A DNA stretch of 64,000 nucleotides, from NCBI GenBank assembly GCA_963762565.1, contig CAVXLD010000001.1, positions 1,056,001 to 1,120,000 on the forward strand. Direction: 5' to 3'. The notes under the pieces were generated by a model. It searched no databases. It saw nothing but the letters and a program-made list of their open reading frames with translations, and had not been told where the DNA came from. This stretch comes from an uncultured Verrucomicrobiae bacterium. Lineage in GTDB: Bacteria > Verrucomicrobiota > Verrucomicrobiia > Chthoniobacterales > JAFAMB01. Positions 52,694 to 62,713 of this stretch are shown piece after piece; within the stretch, counting starts at the first letter, position 1; the number at the start of each line of letters is the position of its first letter. The position numbers were made by a program, and so were the translations under genes.

Positions 52694-54434
52694 ATGCTCA
52701 AACGATTATCTCTGTTAAATTTCAGATGCTTTGAGGATCATGAGATACCTGTTCGCTCGCGTACTATCATCGTAGGTCAGAATAACGCTGGAAAATCTAC
52801 AGTTGTCGAAGCTCTTCGCCTGGTATCACTGGTAACGGAAAGAGCCGGCGGGCTCCATTTCAAAGCGCCGCCGTCTTGGGCTGATTTACCGCGACGTTGT
52901 CGGGGACTGTCTCCATCCCTTCAAAGCATCGAAATTCGCAAAGAATCACTTTTTCACCGTTATGGAAGCCCGCCGGGCCTGATCAAGGCGGAATTTACTT
53001 CAGGGACGAGGATCGAGCTGTCGATCGGCCCCGAGGCTGCGATCTATGGGACAATTTACGATGAGAAGGGGGCTGTGATTTCGTCGTCCCAAAAGTTAAG
53101 ATCTGCTGGCATCCCTTCGATCAGTATTCTTCCACAGATTTCACCTTTAGCCGAATCTGAAACAATCCTTGGGAGGGAGTATGTTCGCGCCAATTTGGCG
53201 ACAGCCCGATCGTCCATTCACTTCAGGAATCAGCTGCACTATTATAGCGAGATTTTTCCTGAGTTTCGAAAGTTGGCGGAGCAATCGTGGCCAGGGCTTA
53301 AAATTCAACCTTTGGATTCCGGAAGAGGCATGCCGGCCCTTGATAACTTGAATCTAATTGTGAGAGACGGCGATTTTTCGGCGGAGGTCTCGTGGAGGGG
53401 GGCATGGAATGCAGATGTGGCTCCAAACGATGTGGTTCTTAGCCCGGACGGCGAATTCGAGAACTATCATTCTCGATGAACCGGACGTTTATATGCACGC
53501 CGATTTGCAGCGCCGCCTGATACGCTTGCTGAAGCTGGATGAGTCACGACAAATTATCATTGCCACTCATTCCGCCGAAATCATGGCCGAGGTTGAGGCA
53601 GATGAGGTCCTCCTAGTGGATCGAAAAAGGAGAGCTTCATCCTTTGCAGGATCTATGCCGACCGTCCAAAAGATCCTGGAGCACGTCGGCAGTGTTCACA
53701 ATTTGGCCTTTGCGAGGCTCGCTAATTCTAAAGTGTTGCTTTTGGTAGAGGGGAATGACGTCCCTTTCCTGAAGCGATTCCAAGATAAGATTTTCCCTCA
53801 AAGTAGACGGCCGATTGACACGATCCCGCATATACCGCTGGGGGGATGGTCTGGATGGCAATATGCGTTGGGAGTGGCAAAGTTTCTGAGGTCCGCATCA
53901 GACCACCGAGTCGCTCCAATTTGTATCCTCGACCGCGATTTTCACACCAGCGAAGAAATCGATACTCGATTAAAGCAAGCCAAAGAAGCGAACATAGAAC
54001 TGACGATTTGGAATCGGAAGGAGATCGAAAATTACCTTCTTGTCCCGGAAGCCATCGCCAGAGTTCTATGTAGGCGTTCGAAACGTGTCAAAGGAGTTGA
54101 CGCTGCCGAAATCGAAAAAGCGCTCGACGAAATTGCTGAGGGCATGAAGGACGACGTGCTCGATCGCTTTATTGAGTCCTTTCACGCAATTGATAAGGCG
54201 TCCGGCCCGGCAATGGCCAGCAAGCGCGCTAGAGAATACGCTCGCGAGAATTGGAACGGTTCTGGCCGATTGCGGCTGGTTGGTGGTAAGGAAGTTATAA
54301 GCGCTTTATCCGCTTGGGCACAGAATCGGTACAGCGTCTCGCTTTCTCCATTGGCAATCGCAGCTGAGCTTCGGCGAGAGGAGATAGACGAGGCGGTCGT
54401 TTCACTGATCTCTCGGATCGAGCAGCTCAATTAG
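52694..54434 (+). pseudogene. ABC-type ATPase fused to a TOPRIM nuclease (OLD/PARIS-like), split by a one-base frameshift in a G6 run
   Basis: Walker A GQNNAGKST in the first ORF; IILDEPD, IATHS, LVEGND, ILDRDF, EIENYLL in the second; frames join at 53397-53402. Confidence 0.85.
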
Positions 54435-54537
54435 CGTGCGCGCCACAGTTCAGGGCATCCAGACTGGACTATCGACGTGTTTCCACTTCAGCTCTTTTTT
54501 CGCGGAGCGCTCTTTGTATGATAGTTTTTGAGCAGAA

Positions 54538-54682
54538 ATGGCGAAGAAGAAGAGTCCGCGCACGGCTGCTCTTGGCAGGCTAGGAGGCCTCAAGGGTGCG
54601 GCAAAAGGGATAAGGCTATGCCGACGCCAGGACTCCCGGCCAACGAACCGAGGCCGCAAGAAACGCAGTAAAAATCAGATGA
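54538..54682 (+). pseudogene. Decayed small basic protein of the LGRLGGLKGG...ARW type found in mobile elements
   Basis: MAKKKSPRTAALGRLGGLKG, then TPGQRTEAARNAVKIR* in a shifted frame. Confidence 0.55.
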
Positions 54683-54739
54683 GTCGAGGAGGGCCATGAA
54701 CCTAAGCGTAAACCCAATCCTCGCCAGAAAAGACATTTT

Positions 54740-55118
54740 ATGAAGCCGATCGTGATCCAACTTCAAGAAGATCTCACCATCGGCAATAAGACGATTGCCG
54801 AGCAACTTAGAACCGCAAAATTAATATCAGCAAAGCTTGAATTGCCATTAGTCGAAGATTGGATCCAACACGAGTTGGAGGGCTACCCACCCGACCCAAG
54901 GAAGTTGCCCAAATATCGATTTATTAGTGGCGGAGAGCTACAGTTCCGCAATCCGATGCACGGATGGATTCCGGCTATGGGAACGTCAGTAATTACCGTG
55001 CCTATCTTTCAACCGGTGGCGGAAATTGAAGCCTACAACGAAGGGGATCACTTATACCTCCAACCGGCAACTAAGTATCGGCTCACCGACCTACATGGAG
55101 ACGGTGGTTTGATGACAA
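54740..55118 (+). pseudogene. AbiTii-like N-terminal domain gene truncated by a repeat/IS junction
   Basis: IAEQLRTAKLISAKL...WIQHELEGY...LPKYR...NPMHGWIP; reading frame runs into the GGCCGAGAAACAGGGG motif. Confidence 0.7.
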
Positions 55119-55164
55119 GGGCCGAGAAACAGGGGGGGCCGAGAAACAGGGGTCGCGTCTATAC

Positions 55165-55874
55165 GGGCTGTTGCCCAATAGGTGCACTATTTGAATAAAG
55201 TTGCAGAGGGAATTCGTAGATTTTCGGTCGGTCTAGCTTGACGGAAGTATGATGGATTGGCTGCGTAGAAGCTTAATGAGGCGACGAACTAATTGCGCGA
55301 GAGAGTCGGCCAGCTCAGGGTCGGCCTGAGAGAGGTGTCTAGTGAGTTTTCTGAGATTCTGCACCGTGGCGATGAGCAAATCTTGGATAGCTTGCTTCCA
55401 AAGGCCGCGCCAGCGTGAGCGCTTCAACCCGTGACAATTAGCAGCATCGGCAAAACTGCGTTCCATGAGATGTTGGCGGCGTTTGAGGTCGCGCTTTGCC
55501 GCCTTGGAATTAGCGATCTTGCGCGCTTTTTCTATCAGCTCCTGGTCGCGATGCCGATGAATGGTGCGACCCGTGCGGGAGCGGGTACAGAAGGCTCGTA
55601 GTTTGCAGACCAGGCAAACCCCCATGGCAGTCACATATTCCCAGGTTAGGCGCTTTGGGTGCAAACGCCGGGGCTTCATGATCTGATTGGCCGGACAGCG
55701 GTAGGTATTGCTGTTTGGGTCGTAACAAAACTGTTCTTCAGAATAGATCCCTGCGCTAGAGCCCTTCCCTTTGATGGAGTCTCCTAAAGGCTTCACATGC
55801 GCCCGAATCCCTGATTTTTGACAACCAATCAGGTTGCTGACATTACCATAGCGGGCATCAGCAATCACGGTTCG
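55165..55874 (-). mobile_element. IS1182-family element, diverged 3' fragment
   Basis: Right end GGGCTGTTGCCCAAT at 55165; C-terminal transposase closely similar but not identical to 56353-57822. Confidence 0.88.
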
Positions 55875-55901
55875 GGCCGAGAAACAGGGGTCGCGTCTAT
55901 A

Positions 55902-56246
55902 GGGCGTGTTGCCCAATTAATAACCATTATAGTATTGCTTTGCTGGTTACAGATTTGATAGTGTATTGTTCCCATGATGGACGAAGAAGACTCGCAGGTT
56001 CCGATCTGGAGCTATCGGGTCAATTTAGATAAGCGGGTGCGGGACGATCATCCACTGCGGCGGATCAGGGCGGCGTTAGATTTGAGTTTTGTGCGTAAGG
56101 AGGTAGCGCACACTTATGGGCGAAGAGGCAACAAGTCGGTTCCGCCCGAAGTGATTGTCCGGATGATGTTGTTGTTGTTCTTGGATGATATCAAGAGCGA
56201 GCGGGAGCTGATGCGCATCATCCCTGAACGGCTGGATTACCTTTGG
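55902..56246 (+). mobile_element. IS1182-family element, 5' fragment
   Basis: Nearly identical to 56281-56625, including the left end GGGCGTGTTGCCCAAT. Confidence 0.9.
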
Positions 56247-56280
56247 CCAGCGAGGCCGAGAAACAGGGGTCGCGTCTTTA

Positions 56281-57892
56281 GGGCGTGTTGCCCAATTAAT
56301 AACCATTATAGTATTGCTTTGCTGGTTACAGATTTGATAGTGTATTGTTCCCATGATGGACGAAGAAGACTCGCAGGTTCCGATCTGGAGCTATCGGGTC
56401 AATTTAGATAAGCGGGTGCGGGACGATCATCCACTGCGGCGGATCAGGGCGGCGTTAGATTTGAGTTTTGTGCGTAAGGAGGTAGCGCACACTTATGGGC
56501 GAAGAGGCAACAAGTCGGTTCCGCCCGAAGTGATTGTCCGGATGATGTTGTTGTTATTCTTGGATGATATCAAGAGCGAGCGGGAGCTGATGCGCATCAT
56601 CCCTGAACGGCTGGATTACCTTTGGTTTCTTGGCTATGGGCTAGACGATCAGATTCCCGACCACAGTGTGTTGAGCAAGGCGCGCAAGCGCTGGGGTAAA
56701 GAAGTGTTTGTCTCGCTATTTAGCCGGGTAGTGCAGCAGTGCGTGGAGGCTGGTCTGGTAGAAGGCCGTAAGATCCACGTGGATGCGAGCCTAGTGGAGG
56801 CCGATGCCAATCTGGGTTCAGTTAAGCCCCTGTCTGCGGAGACGCTCAATGCCATCGAGCAAACTGCCAAAGAGCAAGTGCAAAAGCTCGATGAACCCGA
56901 CCAAGACCAAGATCCGCCATCAGGGGACAGCGGCAGCGGCGGTTCTGCCATTGGCCAATACTCCAAAACCAATCGCCAGTTCCGCAGTACGACCGACCCG
57001 GATGCGACTCTAGTTCGACACGCCGGCCTAAAGAGCCGCTTACGCTATAAGACTCATCGAGTAGTCGACGATGCCCATGAGATCATCACCGCCGTAGAGA
57101 CCACCACCGGTGCGGTCGACGAAGCCTCGCAACTGTTGAGGCTCATTGAAGCTCATGAAGATACTACCGATCAAGCAGTGCGAACTGTGATTGCTGATGC
57201 GCGTTACGGCAGCGTCAGCAACCTGATTAGCTGTCAAAAAGCGGGGATTAAAGCCCATGTGAAGCTGCTGGGGGAGTCGATCCGAGGTAAGGGACGAAGC
57301 GAGGGCATTTATTCCGACGAGCATTTTAGATACGATGCACAGACTAATACCTATCTCTGTCCCGCCAAGCAGATCATGAAAGCCAGGCGCTTACACCCCA
57401 AGCGCTTGACCTGGGAATATGTCACCGCCAAGGGGACCTGTTTAGTGTGCAAGCTGCGCGCCTTGTGCACTCGTTCCCGCACCGGACGCACCATTCACCG
57501 CCATCGGGATCAAGCCTGGTTAGAAAAGGCTCGCAAAATTGCTAACTCCAAGGCTGCTAAAGCCGACCTTAAACGCCGCCAACATCTCATGGAAAGGAGC
57601 TTTGCCGACGCCGCCAATCGTCATGGGCTCAAGCGTTCTCGTTGGCGTGGACTTTGGAAGCAAGCTATCCAAGACTTACTCATTGCTACGGTACAGAACC
57701 TGAGAAAACTCCTCAGGCATCTCTCCCAAACCAACCCTGCGCTAGCCTATCGCCTTACTCAGTTGCTCCGCTGGCTCACCCGGCTCCTTCACCCGATTTC
57801 AACCTCCTTCTTGCCAAGCTAACCCTTCGCCAAACCTTCCAATTACTAACCCAAAATCCTCATACTAATTAGGCGCTATTGGGCAACAGCCC
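56281..57892 (+). mobile_element. Complete IS1182-family element
   Basis: Terminal IRs GGGCGTGTTGCCCAAT / ATTGGGCAACAGCCC; flanks CTTTA / CTATA (probable 5-bp target duplication). Confidence 0.9.
56353..57822 (+). CDS. IS1182-family DDE transposase
   Basis: DDHPLRRI, SERELM, IPDHSVLS, VDAS, TDPDA, ADARY, YLCPA, ERSFADA..HGL. Confidence 0.92.
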   Translation: MMDEEDSQVPIWSYRVNLDKRVRDDHPLRRIRAALDLSFVRKEVAHTYGRRGNKSVPPEVIVRMMLLLFLDDIKSERELMRIIPERLDYLWFLGYGLDDQIPDHSVLSKARKRWGKEVFVSLFSRVVQQCVEAGLVEGRKIHVDASLVEADANLGSVKPLSAETLNAIEQTAKEQVQKLDEPDQDQDPPSGDSGSGGSAIGQYSKTNRQFRSTTDPDATLVRHAGLKSRLRYKTHRVVDDAHEIITAVETTTGAVDEASQLLRLIEAHEDTTDQAVRTVIADARYGSVSNLISCQKAGIKAHVKLLGESIRGKGRSEGIYSDEHFRYDAQTNTYLCPAKQIMKARRLHPKRLTWEYVTAKGTCLVCKLRALCTRSRTGRTIHRHRDQAWLEKARKIANSKAAKADLKRRQHLMERSFADAANRHGLKRSRWRGLWKQAIQDLLIATVQNLRKLLRHLSQTNPALAYRLTQLLRWLTRLLHPISTSFLPS

Positions 57893-58064
57893 CTATATAC
57901 AATACACAGAACGAACGGCTGTCTTGGTGGTAAAGAGATTCGTACGAACGGCTGTTTGCATCGACTATTCGGACAGCCTCACACCACTTCGATCAGTCCT
58001 GCCGTAGGTGCTGAATCATGGTTTCTGTCGGTCGGGGTTTAGTGTAAGGTATAGACGCGACCCC
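57893..58064. mobile_element. Remainder of the 180-bp MITE/REPIN-like element interrupted by IS1182 (left IR at 56266-56280)
   Basis: Closely matches 62099-62268 and ends in TATAGACGCGACCCC. Confidence 0.85.
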
Positions 58065-58172
58065 AATTCAAAGGCACTCTAATCGATAAAGTCTTGCGCA
58101 GAGACGCAAACGACGGACAAAAAATGACTGATTTTTGATCAGGACAGAACAGAGGTAACAGAGGTAGCTACC

Positions 58173-60560
58173 ATGCGACGCCCCTCAGGTCATTTTTCAC
58201 CTTTCACCTTTGATTTCTCACTGGTGGCCGAACTGTTAGTGACGGTCACGCGCTCAGGCAGCGCGTTGCTCGCTTTGCTCTGGGCTGCCTCTATCCAGCA
58301 CGCGAATGCCACCGGTTTCTACGGACCCCAGGTCTACCTGGACGATGGTGGAGCGAATTTAACGCGAGCGCCGGAGTTTTACTGGGATGTCGAGGTTAAA
58401 CGACTGGCACGAAGCTTCAAGCCGGCCGAGAAACGGATTCCGATTCGTACCAGCGATGGCCAGGAGGTCGTCCCAGGCGAAGAGAACACCAAGGAAAGCA
58501 TCGACGCCTTGGGCGCCGAGATGACAGCGAATGCCGATACTCAGGATTTCGCAACCGCTCTTAAAGAGAACCGAATCAAACCGGCTGATCCGGTACAGGC
58601 AACGGCCAAGCACGAAGCAGCGCGGACGTTAATCACGACCGCCAATGATAAAACCACTGATCCTCTGCCGGAAGAATTTCCCTCTGAGTTCGCCGATTAT
58701 GACAAAGGGGCATTCGCCTATAAGCGAGGCCAATGGGATGAAGCGCGCGCCGCCTGGCAGACATTGCTGAATCGGCCGGCCGAGGAACGGCATTACCGCT
58801 CGGTTTGGGCGGCGTTTATGCTCGGGAAAGCCGCGTTGAAAGCGGGAGATCCGCAAGCTGCGAAATGGTTCGAGCTAACCCGAGACCTGGCTAAGGCCGG
58901 ATTTGCGGACCCACTGGGATTAGCCGCCGATAGTTACGGATGGGAAGGCCGCAGTGAATGGAAACAGAATCATCCGGCGAAAGCAGCTCAACTTTTCTTG
59001 ACCCAACTGGCGCTGGGAGATGATGGCGCCGTGGTATCGTTGAAAGCCTTGGTACCCGACCGTCTTCCAGTGGACGGATTTGTAAACTATGGGTCGGCAT
59101 CTGAGGAAGATTCGAGCCAGTGGAGTGACGAGCGCCGGAAAGCAGAAGCCGAAAAGACGCTTGTGGCTCTCAAGGAAGCGGCGAAGGATCCGTTGCTACG
59201 GGAATTAGTGACGGCGCATATCTTGGCGGCGGTTGATCAAAGCTCGGATTCGCAGAGCGACGCCCAGTCTGAAGGCAAAGGGCAAACACCTGACCGCTTT
59301 TCTCGCTGGCTTTCAGTAATCGCCGAAGAACATATCGAGCGAGTCGAGAATGCTGACTATCTGGGCTGGGTTGCCTATGGCAACGGCGACTACAAGGCGG
59401 CCCAGCGGTGGTTGAAACTGGCCGATCCCAACAGTCCGGTGGCTCTGTGGCTAAGTGCAAAGCTACTTCGTCGCGCCGGAAAATTGGATGAAGCCGCCAA
59501 AGCCATGGCGCAGGCGCAACAGGCCATTGTCCCGATCACCAACTATACCGGATGGACTTGGCGGGCAGATGATACCGGCGGAGAGGGTCATTGGTCTTTT
59601 GGGGAGTCGGCCAGCGGTGATCTCGGCGCGTTGCAGCTTGAGCAGGCGCAGTTTACTCCCGCACTCGAAAGCTTCCTCAAAGGCGGAGGGAAAGATCCCT
59701 CTTTCGCCGGAGAATTCTCTTATGGAGGACTCTGGGATGATGCAGCCTTCGTCGCGGAACGGGTTTTGAGCACGGATGAACTAAAAGCGTTTGTCGATCG
59801 CCAACCAATTCCTAAAGGAACTCCCGCCGAAGGCAGCGACGACTTTCCCATGGTCCGCCTCCGCTATTTACTGGGACGCCGGCTCGTTCGCGAGGATCGA
59901 TATAGAGAGGCAACTCAGTACCTGAAACCACCTTATGACAAAGTCTTGACGGAATATGTTCAGGCGCTCGAGGCCGGTGCGAACGAAAAATTGCCAAAGC
60001 TCGAACGCGCCCGGTCATGGTTCACAGCCGCCTGGCTAGCGCGTTATGACGGCATGGAAATAATGGGAACGGAGGGCGCACCCGATGGTTTTTCCGAAGG
60101 AGGCGATTTTGAAATTCCGGACGTGGCGAAGCAACAGCAAACTGGCTTCTACGTGGACGCGATCGACGGGGCCGATGAGAAAACGCCAAAACATCCGATT
60201 GTGCTTAAGCCGTCGAAGGAAGAGCTGCAGAGGCTAGCTAAGACGAAAACCAGCCCGGATTTACGATTCCACTATCGCGTGGTCGCTGGGGCTTTGGCCA
60301 TCCGTGCCGCCGACCTTTTGGAAGACAATTCCGAGGAGCTCGCCGACGTCCTAAATACGGCAGGACAATGGGTCAAAGATCGCGACGAGAAGATCGGCGA
60401 TCGCTATTTTCAGATCCTGAAGGCACGTGCTCCCAAGACAAAGATCGGGCGATTAGCGGTCGCCAAACATTGGTTTGTGGATGAGACCGGTCCTTGGTCG
60501 GAAGAACAAACAGCGGCCGAAGAGAAATTACACAAGGACCTTGGCATTACGAAGGATTGA
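58173..60560 (+). CDS. Large exported helical-repeat (TPR-like) hypothetical protein (start probably near 58239)
   Basis: Signal-peptide-like segment ending ANA; WAAFMLGKA, LGRRLVREDRY, RFHYR motifs. Confidence 0.75.
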   Translation: MRRPSGHFSPFTFDFSLVAELLVTVTRSGSALLALLWAASIQHANATGFYGPQVYLDDGGANLTRAPEFYWDVEVKRLARSFKPAEKRIPIRTSDGQEVVPGEENTKESIDALGAEMTANADTQDFATALKENRIKPADPVQATAKHEAARTLITTANDKTTDPLPEEFPSEFADYDKGAFAYKRGQWDEARAAWQTLLNRPAEERHYRSVWAAFMLGKAALKAGDPQAAKWFELTRDLAKAGFADPLGLAADSYGWEGRSEWKQNHPAKAAQLFLTQLALGDDGAVVSLKALVPDRLPVDGFVNYGSASEEDSSQWSDERRKAEAEKTLVALKEAAKDPLLRELVTAHILAAVDQSSDSQSDAQSEGKGQTPDRFSRWLSVIAEEHIERVENADYLGWVAYGNGDYKAAQRWLKLADPNSPVALWLSAKLLRRAGKLDEAAKAMAQAQQAIVPITNYTGWTWRADDTGGEGHWSFGESASGDLGALQLEQAQFTPALESFLKGGGKDPSFAGEFSYGGLWDDAAFVAERVLSTDELKAFVDRQPIPKGTPAEGSDDFPMVRLRYLLGRRLVREDRYREATQYLKPPYDKVLTEYVQALEAGANEKLPKLERARSWFTAAWLARYDGMEIMGTEGAPDGFSEGGDFEIPDVAKQQQTGFYVDAIDGADEKTPKHPIVLKPSKEELQRLAKTKTSPDLRFHYRVVAGALAIRAADLLEDNSEELADVLNTAGQWVKDRDEKIGDRYFQILKARAPKTKIGRLAVAKHWFVDETGPWSEEQTAAEEKLHKDLGITKD

Positions 60561-60567
60561 CGCACCA

Positions 60568-61881
60568 ATGGAATGGTGGGCCCCGCACCCTGTTCGCCGG
60601 CTTACCTTAGCGTTGATTCCGATGGCGCTAGGATTATGGGGCTTGCTCGGTTGTCACCGGTCACTCACAACCGCTATCGGACCTTTGCCCCAACGCGGGT
60701 ATCTTTGGCAGCGGGCATGGAGTCCAGCGGTCATGGCAGCGGTGCAGGAAGCCAGCAACCACATGGATGGAATGGTCATCATCGGCGCCGAAATTCTGTG
60801 GAATGGTTCAACACCGGAAACGATCCGGGCAAACATCGATTGGCCAACTCTCAAGAATGCCGGGAAGCCGATTGCACTAGCGCTGCGCGTTGCGCCTTAC
60901 CCAGGCCCTTTCTCGAAAGATGATTCCACAATCAATTACATCGGCGACGTAGCTAAATCTCTACTTACGAGCGCAACCGCTCATGGATTAACCGTCTCTG
61001 AATTCCAACTAGATTTCGATTGTGCTCAAAAGAAATTGAGCGGCTATAGCCTCTGGGTGGAGGCGGTGCGGACTGCTGTCCGACCCACCCGCTTTGTGAT
61101 CACTACTCTTCCGGCTTGGCTCAATGAGCCTGCTTTCGCGCCATTGGTGCGGCTTGCTGATAGTTATGTGCTTCAAGTTCACTCAGTTCCGATCTCATCC
61201 GGAGCTGGTGAGTCTTTTTTGTTAGATACTGACCTGGCACGGCAGTGGACCAAAACGGCCGCTAAGCTCGGAATCCCATTCTCCGTCGCGTTGCCGACTT
61301 ACCGTTGCTTGGCTGGATATGACAGTACGGGGAAATTGTTAGGAGTCGCCATGGACAGCGTCGACCTGGCTTGGCCGCCCGACACCCGCACGATCGAGTT
61401 TTCTACCAATTCGGATGATACAGCGACACTAGTCAAGGAATGGCTTTCCGCCCGGCCGGCGGAACTGAAAGAAGTAATCTGGTATCGAATACCGGTAGCA
61501 ACCGATCAGCGGAATTGGCGCTGGCCGACTCTGACGGCGATCATGGCGGGCCGAAAGCCGGCCCACAGTCTGCAGGCTGTCCAGCGTGGTGATAACCCAG
61601 TCGATCTCTCGATCAAGAACATGGGTGAGGCGGATAAACAAATTGGCGCTAAATTAACTGTGACCTGGACCGGCGCATCCATCGTTGCATTGGACGCATT
61701 GCCCGGCTGGACGGTTGCCGCTAGCAGAGAGCACGCAGTGTTTACCCGGGTAGAAAAAATACCTTTCGAACTGCCACCCGGCAGCGAGCGCAGCATCGGA
61801 TGGCTTCGCTTTGACCGGGTCGCAAATGCAACCTGCTTGGCGGAGGAATCTTCCCCCGATCGACGATCTCATGACAAATGA
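60568..61881 (+). CDS. DUF3142-like putative lipoprotein
   Basis: Lipobox LLGC; YLWQRAW, QLDFDC, ITTLPAW, VLQVH, ALPTY. Confidence 0.78.
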   Translation: MEWWAPHPVRRLTLALIPMALGLWGLLGCHRSLTTAIGPLPQRGYLWQRAWSPAVMAAVQEASNHMDGMVIIGAEILWNGSTPETIRANIDWPTLKNAGKPIALALRVAPYPGPFSKDDSTINYIGDVAKSLLTSATAHGLTVSEFQLDFDCAQKKLSGYSLWVEAVRTAVRPTRFVITTLPAWLNEPAFAPLVRLADSYVLQVHSVPISSGAGESFLLDTDLARQWTKTAAKLGIPFSVALPTYRCLAGYDSTGKLLGVAMDSVDLAWPPDTRTIEFSTNSDDTATLVKEWLSARPAELKEVIWYRIPVATDQRNWRWPTLTAIMAGRKPAHSLQAVQRGDNPVDLSIKNMGEADKQIGAKLTVTWTGASIVALDALPGWTVAASREHAVFTRVEKIPFELPPGSERSIGWLRFDRVANATCLAEESSPDRRSHDK

Positions 61882-62060
61882 TGAAAACATTACTACGAGA
61901 CTTATCCCTTCGGCTTTTTGTGGCCTTCGCTTTTGCCACGTTCGCAGTTAATGCTCGAGCTGGGGCCGTGGCCTTTGACGCATCAGGCAATCTCTTCGCA
62001 GTAGAGCATTGGCGTTCCATCGCGAAGTTCACCGGCGACGGAATACAGAGCACCTTCGGG
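61878..62060 (+). pseudogene. Truncated exported NHL/beta-propeller-like gene
   Basis: Signal peptide, then VAFDASGNLF...IAKFTGDG.QSTF; cut at the repeat junction. Confidence 0.6.
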
Positions 62061-62088
62061 GGTCGAGAAATAGGGGGAGGGAGAAACA

Positions 62089-62268
62089 GGGGTCGCGTCT
62101 ATATAATACACAGAACGAACGGCCTTCTTGGTGGTAAAAAGATTCGTACGAAGGGCTGTTTGCATCGACTATTCGGACAGCCTCACACCACTTCGATCAG
62201 TCCTGCCGTAGCTGCTGAATCATGGCTTCTGTCGGTAGGGGTTTAGTGTAAGGTATAGACGCGACCCC
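62089..62268. mobile_element. Intact 180-bp MITE/REPIN-like element with perfect 15-bp IR GGGGTCGCGTCTATA
   Basis: IRs at 62089-62103 and 62254-62268; second copy at 56266-58064. Confidence 0.85.
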
Positions 62269-62713
62269 AATTCAAAGGCTCAGGTCCAAAGCCTGCTTCA
62301 ACCTCTAAAGGCGGTCACTAGAGCGCAACTGGACTAAATAGCCTGTTTCCCAATCCGATCAGCACAGTACGGAAAGATCACAAAGGACACAAAGACAGAA
62401 AAATCTCACGCAAAGCAGACTTCGCCCCATCTCCCCCTTTAGCTACGCCGGCCAGGGACGCAAAGATGGGTCACTGTCACATAGATCTCATGAGTCCCAT
62501 GGTCCGATCCGCATTCGCCGCTCTGCGCGCTATCGCGAACTGAGGACGGATCTTGAACCTGTTTAGCATTCTGTGGCTGGGTGAGACTAAAGGTGAAATA
62601 GACAACAGAGATCTCCGTTGTTTCCTGTTTAAGTGTGTCTTATGCCGTTGCGTCCTCGGGCGACGCAGTCCGGCGGCTGCCGGCAGCCGCGTGGCAGCGC
62701 GGCAGCCGCGAGA

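Noticed and set aside
54740..62268. Integron cassette array
   Set aside because: The repeated junctions lack RYYYAAC/GTTRRRY attC ends, the genes are truncated rather than complete, and there is no intI.
52379..62300. Intact integrative element or prophage at tRNA-Arg
   Set aside because: No integrase, no phage genes and no duplicated tRNA 3' end found in the window.
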